Assembly (NCBI GenBank): GCA_009103225.1
Contig: RHPI01003009.1
Coordinates: forward strand, 431,004 to 495,003
DNA: 64,000 nt
Direction of reading: 5' to 3'
From: Chlorokybus atmophyticus
Taxonomy: Eukaryota; Plantae; Mesostigma and Chlorokybus algae
In this document: positions 25,852-37,014 of the stretch, one piece after another
Layout of the letters: each line of letters begins with the position of its first letter
Position numbering within the stretch: the first letter of the stretch is position 1
Program-made: the position numbers and the translations under genes
The notes under the pieces: model-generated
What the model was told of the DNA's origin: nothing
Database searches by the model: none
What the model saw: only the letters and a program-made list of their open reading frames with translations

Positions 25852-25978
25852 GGTTATGGGCCCACTCTACGCTTGAGGAGTGTGAGACTAGCTTGTGTGC
25901 GTATTAGTTCTACACTACGTTAGCTTGTTGGTAGCAGAGCCTTGGGTGTCAACTGCAAGAAAGGCAGGCTCGACAAAG

Positions 25979-28900
25979 ATGGAGGCGACCTACGACAAGG
26001 GGCAGATTGCAAAGCTGGACACCGACAACTACAACACGTGGTGCGTGGAGATGAAGGCCTTGCTCATCCACAAAAAGGTGTGGAAGTACGTTGATCCGAA
26101 GGCACCACCACCAACACCAGGAGCGAACACTGTGTGGTCAGAGCATTCAGCAGAAGCACACTCTTTGCTTGTGTTGAACTGCAAACCGCATCACTTTCCC
26201 ATGCTCACTGCATGTGAAGATGGTAGACAAGCTTGGGAAAAGCTATCAGCCGTTTTCAGAGCCAAGAACAATGCCAGAAAGTTGCATCTACGCAAGCAGC
26301 TCAGCGCACTCAGGAAGGAGGCAGCAGAACCCATCACGAAGTATGTTGCGCGCGCGAGAGAGCTGTGGGCGGACCTCATCAACGTCGGCCACAACATGGG
26401 GGAGACGGAGGTAGTGCTGGCCATTGTTGCAGGGCTACCAGCAGAGTACGAGGTCGTCGCAACCCTGCTGGAGACGTCATCATCGGAGTTGACGTTGGAC
26501 GATGTGCTACCGAAGCTGCTCACCGTGGAGCAGAGGGTTGTGAAGAAGGACGAGCAAGCGGATGCCGTCGCCTTCTACACCGGCAAGCACGCAAAGAAGA
26601 GCAACCATGAAGAGAAGTACAAGGGCAACAAGCCAGGCAATCCTCGTCACAAAGACCTCACATGCCACTGGTGTGGTTGGAAGGGGCACATTGTGAAGGA
26701 CTGTAGGAAGAAACAACAGGGGCAACCTAGAGCAAGCACCAGCAACAGCGGCAACGAGCACCAACACAAGGAGAAACATGTCGCCTTCACTGCATCCAGT
26801 TCGAGGGCGGGCACAGCTTTCTGGGTGGTGGACTCTGGCTGCGATCGTCATCTCACACCAAACAAGGAGGTGATGGAGGGCTACAGGAAGCTGACGTCCA
26901 CAATCAAGGTGGCGGGCTTCGGTGGCGAAGTACTGGTGGCTGAGGGAGTTGGCAACGTACGACTCCAGTGCAAGGTTGGTAACACACTACGCGAGGTGTT
27001 GTTACGCAACGTCCTGCATGTTCCTAAGGCTATTGCGAGTCTATTCTCTGTGAGGGTTGCGGAGCGCTTAGGCGCGGAGATCCTATTTCGGAAGGGTGGC
27101 TGCTCAGTCATCCTTGATGGGGTCGTGCACATGGTTGGAATCGCTGATCCGGGAGGGCTCTACCACGTGGAGCAGCCTCAAGACAGAGACATTCAAGCCA
27201 TGGTGGTGAAGGACAAGGAGTCGCCAACATTGTGGCATCGAAGGTTTGGGCATCTCAGCTACGTCAACCTCACTCGCCTTGTCGCTGAGAAGATGGTTAA
27301 GGGCATCCATCTCAGCACAGAAGAACTAAAGACAGCATCAGGTGCACTTTGTGAACCATGCCTGGTTGCAAAGCAGCATGCTATGCCATTCCCATCATCC
27401 TCTTCTAGCAGTCAGCATCCTTGCGAGCTTGTGCACATGGATGTCTGTGGCCCTATGCGCATTGTGGCGAAGGGAGGGGCCAGGTACTTTGCTACATTCT
27501 TCGACGACTACAGCAAGCTGTCCATCATCTTTCCATTGACACTGAAGTCAGAAGTTGCTGGAGCTGTGCGCACAGTCGTGGCCTTGTTGGAGACCCAGTC
27601 TGGCAACAAGATGAAGGCAATGAGGAGTGATCGAGGAGGGGAGTACATCAACAAGGAGTTGAAGGAGTTCTTCGCCAGCAAGGGCATACGCCACGAGACA
27701 ACGGCACCCTACACCCCGCAGCAGAATGGAGCAGCTGAACGCCTTAACAGGACACTCTTGGAGCGTGTTCGAGCCATGCTCAACGACACAAAGATGGAAG
27801 ACAGTTTGTGGAAGGAGGCGGTACTCATTGCCAACTACATCCGCAACAGGTCTCCGGTGAGCTCAGAGCAGAAGACTCCGTGGGAGCACTTCTATGGAGC
27901 CACACCAGATGTGAGTGGTATGCGTGTGTTTGGATGCACGGCATATGCACTAGTGCCTAAACAGCTCAGGCACAAGCTGGAGCCGGTTAGCAAGAAGGGC
28001 ATCTTCGTTGGCTATGAACCGGGTTCCAAGGCTTACAGGATCTTGCTCGAGGACACTCAAAAGATCATCATAAGCAGAGAGGTGGTTTTCCATGAGGGAT
28101 TATCACAACCAGAAGCAGGCTTTTTTCTTAAAGATGAAGCACAGCCGGAGCATCCTGAAACAGTGGAGGCTACAGGCAAGGCCATCATCAACAACAAGGG
28201 TGAGCAGGACTCAGCTGTAGCAGGCCAAGAGGAGCCGTACCAACAGCAGGAGCACGCAGCTCGGAGATACCCAGTGAGGGAGAGGAAGGCACCTGACTTC
28301 CTACACAAGGCACACGTCGCCAGTGTGCAGCATGAGGAGCCAAGCACCTACGAAGAGGCATTGTTAGCACCAGATGCGGAGCAATGGCAGCGTGCTATGG
28401 ACGAGGAGATTGCGTCACTCCATGCCAACAACACTTGGTCACTGGAGCAGATTCCGCAAGGAGTGAAGACCATTCCAGTGAAATGGGTCTTCAAGGTGAA
28501 GCGTGATGGTCAGGGCAACATTGAGCGCTACAAGGCAAGACTGGTGGCAAAGGGCTTCTTGCAGCAGGAAGGTGTGGACTTCAACGAAGTGTTTGCACCT
28601 GCAAGTAAGCATACCACCTTCCGTGCACTGCTAGCTGTGGTTGCTGCTGAGGACCTCAAGCTGCATCACCTGGACGTGAAGACTGCCTTCCTCTACGGAG
28701 AGCTGGAGGAGAAGATCTTCATCGAGCAACCACCTGGATATGAAGAAGGGGAGAGAGGCACAGCCTGCAAGCTGATTAAGGCACTGTACGGGCTGCGACA
28801 GGCACCGCGTATGTGGCACATCAAGCTCACCAAGGAGCTGGAGACACTTGGCTTCACCGCATCCTCTGCAGACCCTGGGCTCTTCATCCATGCAGACAAC

Positions 28901-29869
28901 AAGGTCTGGCTGCTCGTGTATGTGGATGATATAATCATCACCGCCAGGCAGGTGCACCACCTGCAGGAGACGAAACTTGCTCTACAGCAAGCATTCTCAG
29001 TTCGTGATCTTGGAGAGGCCAAGTGGTTCCTTGGCATGGTGATTGAGCGCGACAGGGCGGCTCGCACAATCAAGATCAGTCAGGAGCAGATGGTGAGAAG
29101 ACTCGTCACCAAGTTTGGGCTCACTGAAGCGAAGACCAAGACCACACCGTTGGCACTTGGCACTGCCCTCATCAAGGCAAAGGATGAGGAGGTACTCGAC
29201 AAGGCTCAGTATCCATATGGTGAGCTGGTAGGCAGCATGCTCTATCTGGCAGTGTGCACACGTCCCGATGTTGCACATGCTGTGGGAGTACTTGCTCGCT
29301 ACATGTCTGCACCGAGCATGGAGCACTGGAGAGCAGCAAAGGGAGTACTACGCTATGTTGCTGGGAGCGCAACAGTTGGCATTAAGTTTGGGAGCGGGAG
29401 CACTGAGTTGGAGGGCTACTGCGACTCGGACTTTGCTGGTGACCTCAACAGCAGGAGGTCCACTACAGGCTACGTCTTCAAGCTGAACGGAGGCGTGGTG
29501 AGCTGGAACAGCAGGCTGCAGCCAACAACAGCAGCATCTACATCAGAGGCTGAGTACATGGCAGCGGCAGCAGCAGTGAAGGAGGCACTCTGGCTTCGCA
29601 AGCTCATGGCAGACTTGGAGCACCCCATGGCGTGCATCGTCATCAACTGTGACAACCAAGGAGCCATCAAGTTGTTGAAGCACCCTATCGCCTCGGCAAG
29701 GACGAAGCACATTGATGTCATGCATCACTTTGTGCGTGACAGAGTCACAAGGAAGGAGGTGGAGTTCCAGTACTGCAACACTGAGGGCATGCTGGCGGAC
29801 TTCATGACAAAGCCATTGTCACCACTCAAGTTCAAGACTTGTTGTGCAGGACTTGGCATCTGTGTTTGA
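25979..29869 (+). CDS. gag-pol: Copia gag-pol polyprotein (1296 aa from ATG 25979)
   Basis: Zinc knuckle CHWCGWKGHIVKDC, protease VVDSGC, LWHRRFGH, integrase (HMDVCGP, SDRGGEY, PQQNGAAER), RT (YVDD) and RNaseH (YCDSDFAG, EAEY, CDNQGA) in copia order. Confidence 0.97.
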   Translation: MEATYDKGQIAKLDTDNYNTWCVEMKALLIHKKVWKYVDPKAPPPTPGANTVWSEHSAEAHSLLVLNCKPHHFPMLTACEDGRQAWEKLSAVFRAKNNARKLHLRKQLSALRKEAAEPITKYVARARELWADLINVGHNMGETEVVLAIVAGLPAEYEVVATLLETSSSELTLDDVLPKLLTVEQRVVKKDEQADAVAFYTGKHAKKSNHEEKYKGNKPGNPRHKDLTCHWCGWKGHIVKDCRKKQQGQPRASTSNSGNEHQHKEKHVAFTASSSRAGTAFWVVDSGCDRHLTPNKEVMEGYRKLTSTIKVAGFGGEVLVAEGVGNVRLQCKVGNTLREVLLRNVLHVPKAIASLFSVRVAERLGAEILFRKGGCSVILDGVVHMVGIADPGGLYHVEQPQDRDIQAMVVKDKESPTLWHRRFGHLSYVNLTRLVAEKMVKGIHLSTEELKTASGALCEPCLVAKQHAMPFPSSSSSSQHPCELVHMDVCGPMRIVAKGGARYFATFFDDYSKLSIIFPLTLKSEVAGAVRTVVALLETQSGNKMKAMRSDRGGEYINKELKEFFASKGIRHETTAPYTPQQNGAAERLNRTLLERVRAMLNDTKMEDSLWKEAVLIANYIRNRSPVSSEQKTPWEHFYGATPDVSGMRVFGCTAYALVPKQLRHKLEPVSKKGIFVGYEPGSKAYRILLEDTQKIIISREVVFHEGLSQPEAGFFLKDEAQPEHPETVEATGKAIINNKGEQDSAVAGQEEPYQQQEHAARRYPVRERKAPDFLHKAHVASVQHEEPSTYEEALLAPDAEQWQRAMDEEIASLHANNTWSLEQIPQGVKTIPVKWVFKVKRDGQGNIERYKARLVAKGFLQQEGVDFNEVFAPASKHTTFRALLAVVAAEDLKLHHLDVKTAFLYGELEEKIFIEQPPGYEEGERGTACKLIKALYGLRQAPRMWHIKLTKELETLGFTASSADPGLFIHADNKVWLLVYVDDIIITARQVHHLQETKLALQQAFSVRDLGEAKWFLGMVIERDRAARTIKISQEQMVRRLVTKFGLTEAKTKTTPLALGTALIKAKDEEVLDKAQYPYGELVGSMLYLAVCTRPDVAHAVGVLARYMSAPSMEHWRAAKGVLRYVAGSATVGIKFGSGSTELEGYCDSDFAGDLNSRRSTTGYVFKLNGGVVSWNSRLQPTTAASTSEAEYMAAAAAVKEALWLRKLMADLEHPMACIVINCDNQGAIKLLKHPIASARTKHIDVMHHFVRDRVTRKEVEFQYCNTEGMLADFMTKPLSPLKFKTCCAGLGICV

Positions 29870-29911
29870 CTACAGGAGCAAGCGTTGGAGGTCAAGCTGC
29901 TCGCGTGGGAG

Positions 29912-30335
29912 TGTTGAGAGTATTCCTACATACGATCAGCATCGACCCTCCATACAGGAGTAGAAGGTCGTAAGGACGAGCACTAGGTCCGGACTTAGCA
30001 AGATGGCATCGTCGGACCAGACTCCGGACTCCAGACTGGAGCCTTACTAACTGCTTCGTATCTCCGCGTATACTTACTCATATTAGGCGTGTGAGAGCTT
30101 GTTGGAAAGCTCTGGTTGTAAGAAAGACAACGCAGCTTAGAGCGCGTCAAAAGGCTGAGTATAGCTTACGCAGTGCTTGCAAACGTAGACGTGTGTGTAA
30201 CTGGCTGGTATAAAAACCAGCGGACAACTTGTAATAGATGAATGTGATGTGACTTGTGTATGCTCTGGTGGCGGTAGCTCTGTCCGTGTGTATCCATGCT
30301 TGCCTCAACTACATGTGCATGCTAGTCCTTCAACA
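29912..30335 (+). repeat. Copia 3' LTR
   Basis: Near-identical to the 5' LTR (one T/C difference seen). Confidence 0.97.
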
Positions 30336-33159
30336 GCTTCGGCCCGACGGTTCGCTGAAAGGTCCGCCCTTGAGCTCAAGCAGCTGTCTGGTGGACAGAG
30401 TGGCCCTTTCCAAAACGATGCTGAAAGAGCTGATGTGAAGGCACCCGAAGGCTGATATCCGCTTCAACTGGGGGTTGGAAGCAGCAGCAAGTCACACTCT
30501 GATGCAGAAGTTTCGCATTTGGTCACGCGCATATTTGCACACCCTCGCACACCACTCCATTGCAGACATGCACACTCGCAAAGACACATGCTCACGCAGG
30601 CACGCGCGTGAGCACCCACCCACCCACACACACAAATACGCGCGCACGCACACATGCACACCATTTTCTCATCTCCCAGGTTGAAGAGTGTGGACTCCTC
30701 CACGCGCACGGCGCTGTTCTGCACGGATTCCAATCGGGATGATGATGAGTCCCTGCGTTACGATCTCCTGGTCGGCGCGGACGGCGTGCGATCGGCTGTG
30801 CGGCAGGCCGCGGCGGACGCGGGGGTGGAATGCGGGGTACGAGACTTGTACGCCAGCTGAAAGGTGAGGGGGGTGGGAGGGTGCGATTGTGCACATGAGC
30901 ATGCGTGGACATATACTTGGGTACACACGCACATGCACACACGTGCGCGCATTCGCGGCCGTATAAACACTAACCAACACATACATTACACACAGACACA
31001 CGCACGCATGAGCACACGTGCACGCAGGCGCATGTGCCTGCAAGCATGCACGCACGCAGCATGCACAGGTATGTGGAGGAGCGCACCAACACCCAAGTCT
31101 GTCACATAACTATTGACGTTCTTCCTTTCCCAGGCTTTGCACATCCCCTCCTCATAAGCCCGACCCTGCACTCAGTGAGACCTGCGCAGTCCGCATCCCC
31201 TACAAGTGAGTCTGCTCATACAAGTCCCATTGTCGGTTTTTGTTTCCCTGTATCATAGTATGCAAATGTACACACTCGTGTGTGGAAATAACATAACAGA
31301 GAGCCCGCGGTGGAGATGGTGAAAGGCTACCCGTCGCAAGTGTCACTCAACCTCATACCCTGCCAGGACGGCACATACATACTGCTCAGCCACAACAGGT
31401 GCCTGCTGGTGTGTCTGACTTGTCGTCATCATCACCAAGTTGCTCATCTTATGACAAAGGCATGCCACACTGGAGGTTGTGTGTGCGTCATGCTACATGT
31501 GGTGTTACATGACCATGTCATGGTGCGTACGTGCTTGACTGTGCATGCACACATGGAGGTGTATGGTGTTACCTGAGTACGTAACATGCGATACTGTTGT
31601 ATACTGTTTGTATGCTCTGTCACAGGCCGTGAACAGAGCCTCTTGCCCTCTGGCGCAAGTCCCCATCCGAGCTGCACGACTGATTCAACGCGCGCGTGCC
31701 GTTCCTGTCCATCACCAAGCAGGAGGCGGCTGCTTTTTTGGAAAGCAAGGCCTCGCCCACGCTGGAGGTATACGCAGCATGGCGATGATGTTACATGCGT
31801 CCACGTTCTCAGAGTTTGTTTGCAGGCAATGTGTATACATATGTATCACACGGTCATCATACATACGCGCGCATGCATACCCCGTGTGTACACGATCCTG
31901 TTTGTCAAGTGTGTGAGCGTATGTGAGCGCGCGCGTGCGTGTGTCGATGTGTACACACGCACACTCGCACATGCGTCTCTCTGAACCTTGCGCAACCTGT
32001 ACAACCCCTTCCCACCACCTCAGGAGTAGTAGCGGCATATGTGTGCCTCAACAGCATGCTCGCAGGTCTGCAGGTGACGTGTGGCGCGTACCACCACGCG
32101 CCGGGTCGCGCCCTTCTGGCGGGCGATGCCGCGCACGCCATGTCGCCGGCCCTATCATTGGGATGCAACACCGCGATCCTCGACGTCGCGGCAATCACAC
32201 GCCTACCAGACAAGCAAGATGATCGCCGTCGATGAGGTAGGAGGACGTTGTGATTGGTGTGGCTGAAGTTGTTGTGGTGGTTGTGGTTGTCTCCAACCTG
32301 CGTACTTACTTGTAACCAAGCTCTTGCTCATGTTCTGCACACGCATAACATATATGAATGCTAGTAGTAGTAGCACGTATTTCGCGCGTGCAGAACACGA
32401 CGTGTATCATGAACAACCTGTCACGCTCGTGTTGCCCGATGATTTACATTGCCATGTGTTCACTCTCTACTATTTGACTACACTACCTTACCCAACTTTC
32501 ACTCTCTCATTCTCTCACGCCTTCTCTCCTCACAGGTTCTGTTGGCTTACCCGCGACCGTATCCCCGAGGGCCACGCGGCCGCAGCCATATCGTCGGCAG
32601 GTTTCCCCCAGCAGAAGTGGGTCGGCGCGCTGTTCGTCGCGTACACGCCACTCACTTCACTAATGTACAGAGTTGCGCCGGGGGTGGCGCCGCAACCCAG
32701 ATTCGATTCTGCTCCATGTAAGTGAGAGTATGGGGAGTTAAGGAAGACCAAAAACTATGTCTCCTTGCACGTGTGCTTAATTTTGCAACAACATATGCTT
32801 GGCTGGTGGGTTTGTTTTCTTTCTTTTTTTTAGGGGGGGNGGTTGGAAGGCATGCTTTAATGCATGGTTGTGCGCTTGGAACGGTAATGGTTGCGTGAGC
32901 ACACGAATTGACGGATTGTTGTCGTGACCAACAGACCGATTGTGCAATGAGAGCTAGCGAGCGGCTTAGTGAATGCGTGAGTGAGTGCGTGAGTGAGTGA
33001 ATTATTGGTTGACAACTGAGCCAAATGGATATTTGACTGCGTGCGTTGACGACTTGTGTTGCTTGCATGCAGACGGACAAGCCCAATAACAACAGCAGCA
33101 GCAGCAGCAAGACAACACCATCGTTCAAAGCTACCACTACAGACACACATCACTCACCC

Positions 33160-34270
33160 CTCCCGCAGCATGTCTTTTCGACACGGTCGTCCCAGTTCCC
33201 CGGCAAGACAGGCACCTCAAACGTGCCTGTCTTGCCGGGGAACGACACAACGTTACGCGGTTTGTGAGCGATCCCCCCCGCCGAGACCGCGCTTCTTCGC
33301 CTAGCCAGGCCATGTGGATTGGTTGGACTATAGTGGCTGTTATGAACGTGCTTTGTGAACATTGTTTATTGATGACTTTGGCCCCTCCCCCCCTCACCAA
33401 GGTCGATCTTGGGCTCGTGCGGCCAAGCCTTGCCAATTCTGCCCTCGTAGCTTCCCAAACCAGTGCAATCAAACAAGTGAGAGTTTTTACAAGACAGGTT
33501 GGGTGCGAGTGGGTATGTGCATGTGTTTGTTTCTTTACGTACGCGCACGCGTGCGTAAGACAGTCAACCACGTGCAAACCTCAGTCATGCCCCTATTTTC
33601 TCTCCCACCGTTGCTCACCTCCTTTTGGTGAGCTGGCGGGCTTGGAAACGCTGCTGTCGCCACATTGTTAATCCGTAGGGTGTGCGCGCATCCGGGGGGC
33701 AAGTAGTGCTGGACGGCGTGTGGCGCCAATGTGACTTAAGTCATAAAAGGCCTATGTTGTGTGTGGCTCATACATACATAAGGTGTACCTCCAGCACGAC
33801 AAGCCTCTCATTGTAGGGCCTCTCATACGGCACCCCCTGCACGTCTCAAGTAGAAATAAGAGACAGGCAACTGTGCACATATGCAGAGATGCACAAGCGC
33901 GTGTGCATGTATATGCGTGCGTTTGTACACGCATGCCAACAGTTGTATACGCACACACAGGGAGAGTCGGATTAAACGCACAACTTGCATGTGCACATTG
34001 TGCTCATGCAGTGCGTATATTTGCGTATGTGCAACGCATGCACTATAACGGACACGCACGCACGCACGCACGCATGCACTCTCAGAGCGCATACAATAAC
34101 ATGCGCATATACTCCCGCAAACACACACACACACACACTTGTACACACACCAGCTCAGCTCTCACCTACGACAGCGGCCGGACTTGTTGAATGTGGCATA
34201 AGCTTTTTGGTCTTATTGTTGCTGCGCGTACGCAAGCCAACGTTGCCCCAATGCGTACAATTCATCACCC
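33160..34270 (-). pseudogene. Partial CFAP96/C4orf47-like pseudogene (copy A)
   Basis: Five internal exons homologous to copy B (GVPYERPY, TGLGSYEGRIGKAWPHEP, PRNVVSFPGKTGTF). The first exon and the 3' exons are missing, there is a 4-nt deletion near 34200, and one acceptor AG is mutated. Confidence 0.8.
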
Positions 34271-35019
34271 GCCACTGCACGGGCTCGTAACAAAGTAGCT
34301 GTGTGCATGCGCATGCGCGAGTGCGTGCATCGAGAGAAGGCAAAGGCAGAGATATATACATGGTAGTCATTGAATTAGTGGTGGTAATCAATTAAGTAGT
34401 GGTATCAACATTGGTAACAAAGGGGCAGAAGTTCATTGCGCTATTGCTAGTAGTGGTGATGAGGTACTCCCATCAATATTACAAAAACCAGCAAGTGAAG
34501 ATTAGCTGAGTGGGGATAATTAAGTGTTTGCGTCATAGTACAACACATTCTGTTTTTCCAACATTTGCAACGCAATTTAGATCAGTACTACTACAATTTC
34601 GGCCCGATTACCATTTGATGTTCACACCAACAAATGCATTGTAATGTTATACAGTGCAAGTGTTTTACATAACAATAGTGTGGGCGGGTCTGCTTCTTGA
34701 AAACATAAGGGTCGCACAAAGTAGCTTTCGGCGTGTAAAAAGTCAAGGCTGGTAGTAATGCATGCAAATGATGTGCTCACTTCAAAGAATGAATTGATAG
34801 GCCAGCTTGCCTTTCAGGAATAGCCGCCAATTGGTTCAGGCGAGGATTCGAGAAGATTTAGGCGCAGACCTCAAGCGAGAGAAGGCTTCATGCGCGGTGC
34901 GAACTTAAGCGTCGCAAAATGTTTTCCCTACCGGACGACTAAATATTGGCAATGGCCATGCACCTGGGGATACTCAATTGAATTGTCGTGGCTCAGTCCA
35001 CCTGTAATCGCGATATAGG

Positions 35020-36300
35020 GACCTGATATAACGGCCGTCACTATCAGTCGGCGGCCGTTTTCATAAAGGGACTGACCAAGGCTGACAGGTACCTGTTAAA
35101 TGCCCATCAAAACAAGCAAAGAGGACTTAACCTAACTAAGCGGTACCTAACAGTTATGTACCGGCGACTGTACCTCGAAGGTGCCTAACTATCCGGTACC
35201 TTTAGGGTACCGTATGGTACTTTCAAGGCACCTGACATTGATGTCCCCAGTACCTACCGGTACCGTTCAGTCATGAGCAGGTGCTGCATGCATGTGATCG
35301 TCGTCAATTGCTAGAAACACAAGTAACAAGCTTGATTGATTCACACAAAATAAAAATAGCAATTAATTATAATTACATTACAACCTGTTGCTACGCTACA
35401 ATGTAAACTACATTGAGATACTACTCATACTACTACTACCCTATACTCTACCCCTATACTCAGCCGCCGCACCTCCGCTCCACCGCGCGTGCGCCGCCGC
35501 TCCTCCTCCGCCGCCGCCTCGCCGCTCCTCCTTCGCTTGGCCTGGTCGGTAAGGGCGTCAACACAACGGCATCATACATTATAACACATGACACATATGA
35601 ACAAACTCACCTACCATGCCATTGCCGCCGCCGCCGCCGCTCTAGGCTGGCCTGGCCTGGCCTGGCTTGCAAGAAGGGCGGTTGGGTTGCAATGTTGCAC
35701 TTAACATTAACATGACATGATGCATACAACTCAACTACTCTGTGTGGACACACATGCACAAACTCACCAGTTGCCGCCGCCGCCGCCGCCACCGCCACTG
35801 CTGCTGCTGCCGCCGCCGCACAACTGTCCTCGAACATGAAGCCGTTTAGCGTTTAAACGCTGCTGCGTTTTAAAGGCTCAACGGCTTCAAGTTCAATGGT
35901 ATGATTGTACCATCAAAATAGTACGACGGCTCTATTGTAAAATCAAATAATGAATACCGTATATGTTACTTTTATGCAACTGTTGTACCATCGCAATGGT
36001 ACTATTGTTCCATTAAGTGTGCCGAATATAACTAACCGAACTGATAGGTACTTGTCGCCATTGCTCGTCCCTTTTAAAAAACTTCATTGGAACTGAGTGG
36101 TCTTGCTTGCCAATGTAGGTTAGTCGCCGCCGCGGCTTATGTACGGCCGGCGGCCGGCCGCGGGTTAATTATGACTCACCAGTATCGATCGTCGCTAATA
36201 GGGGCCTGAACATACACTTAATTGCCATAACAGTTAGGTCGCCGTTATGAAAGCTGTTTGACCGGCGGTCGGCCAGCAAAATATGTTGATGTCACGTCAT
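35020..36300. mobile_element. Possible decayed non-autonomous inverted-repeat element with GGTACC-rich arms and a (GCC)n core
   Basis: GTTTTCATAAAGGGAC (~35058) is inverse to GTCCCTTTTAAAAAAC (~36069). GGTACC-like motifs recur in both arms. No TIR or TSD defined. Confidence 0.35.
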
Positions 36301-36931
36301 CACCGGTAGGCAACAATCCACTATATTGTAAGATATGCGGTCGGCAATTGAGTAGGGTCCGTAATTTGCACCGGCAGTTTACTTATTCCCTTTATAGGGT
36401 CAGGCACCCGCAAGTTCCTCAGTCTGTTGTCAGTCACCGTGTAAGAATTGCGACGAGTTTGAAAAGGTTCATCGATAGAAGAATAACGATAGCTCGATGG
36501 TTGCTTGATCATAAGACACTTATAACAGCTTGGTTATATACAATCGGGTACGTGGGACAACTTACAGTGCCAATATGTAGTGTTAAGTGTGCACAACATT
36601 ATGGCATCGAAAGTGAGTATTTGCAGAGTGGCGCATATAGAGTCCCATAGACTTTAATGGAGGGTATTATAATGCATGGTTTGTTACATTGGTGTCCCTG
36701 CGGTGTGCACACTATGTGTGTGTGTGTGTGTGTGCGGGTCATGGGCCCACGCATGCTTCTTTGAAAGTGTAGTTAAATGATTCGTGTGAGTAGATGTGGC
36801 TGTATGTATGACAGGGGAATTCCCGGTCGGTACACCTGTTCGTGCTGCGCGTCCTCTCAGTAAAGACAATTGCCTGTGTCTTTTTATATGCGCGTCACGA
36901 TGCATATAGCTAATACGTACCCTACTTACGA

Positions 36932-37014
36932 CTCAGGTGCCCTGTCAGAGGCACTTCATGTGCAAGCGTACACTACTCATGGCTCAGGTGCCCTGTCAGA
37001 AGCTTTTCATGTGC
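36932..37014. repeat. Short tandem duplication (two ~33 bp units, 51 bp period)
   Basis: CTCAGGTGCCCTGTCAGA(G/A)GC..TTCATGTGC at 36932 and 36983. Confidence 0.8.

Larger units (their letters stand above)
25428..30335 (+). mobile_element. Intact, young Ty1/copia LTR retrotransposon
   Basis: 424-bp LTRs at 25428-25851 and 29912-30335 (TG...CA, one mismatch seen). 5-bp TSD GCTTC at 25423-25427 and 30336-30340. PBS GGTTATGGGCCCA at 25852; PPT-like GTGGGAG at 29905-29911; single open gag-pol ORF. Confidence 0.98.
24342..33085 (+). pseudogene. FAD-dependent monooxygenase pseudogene (copy A), interrupted by a copia element
   Basis: Retains VVIAGAGPAG, DLLVGADG and GDAAH motifs. Lesions relative to copy B: 2-nt deletion frameshift at ~24872, TGA at 30436-30438 and 30858-30860, and a last exon truncated at ~33085. 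Confidence 0.9.

Noticed and set aside
34820-34920. tRNA-like GGTTCA/GATTCGA words
   Set aside because: No cloverleaf pairing or A/B box spacing.
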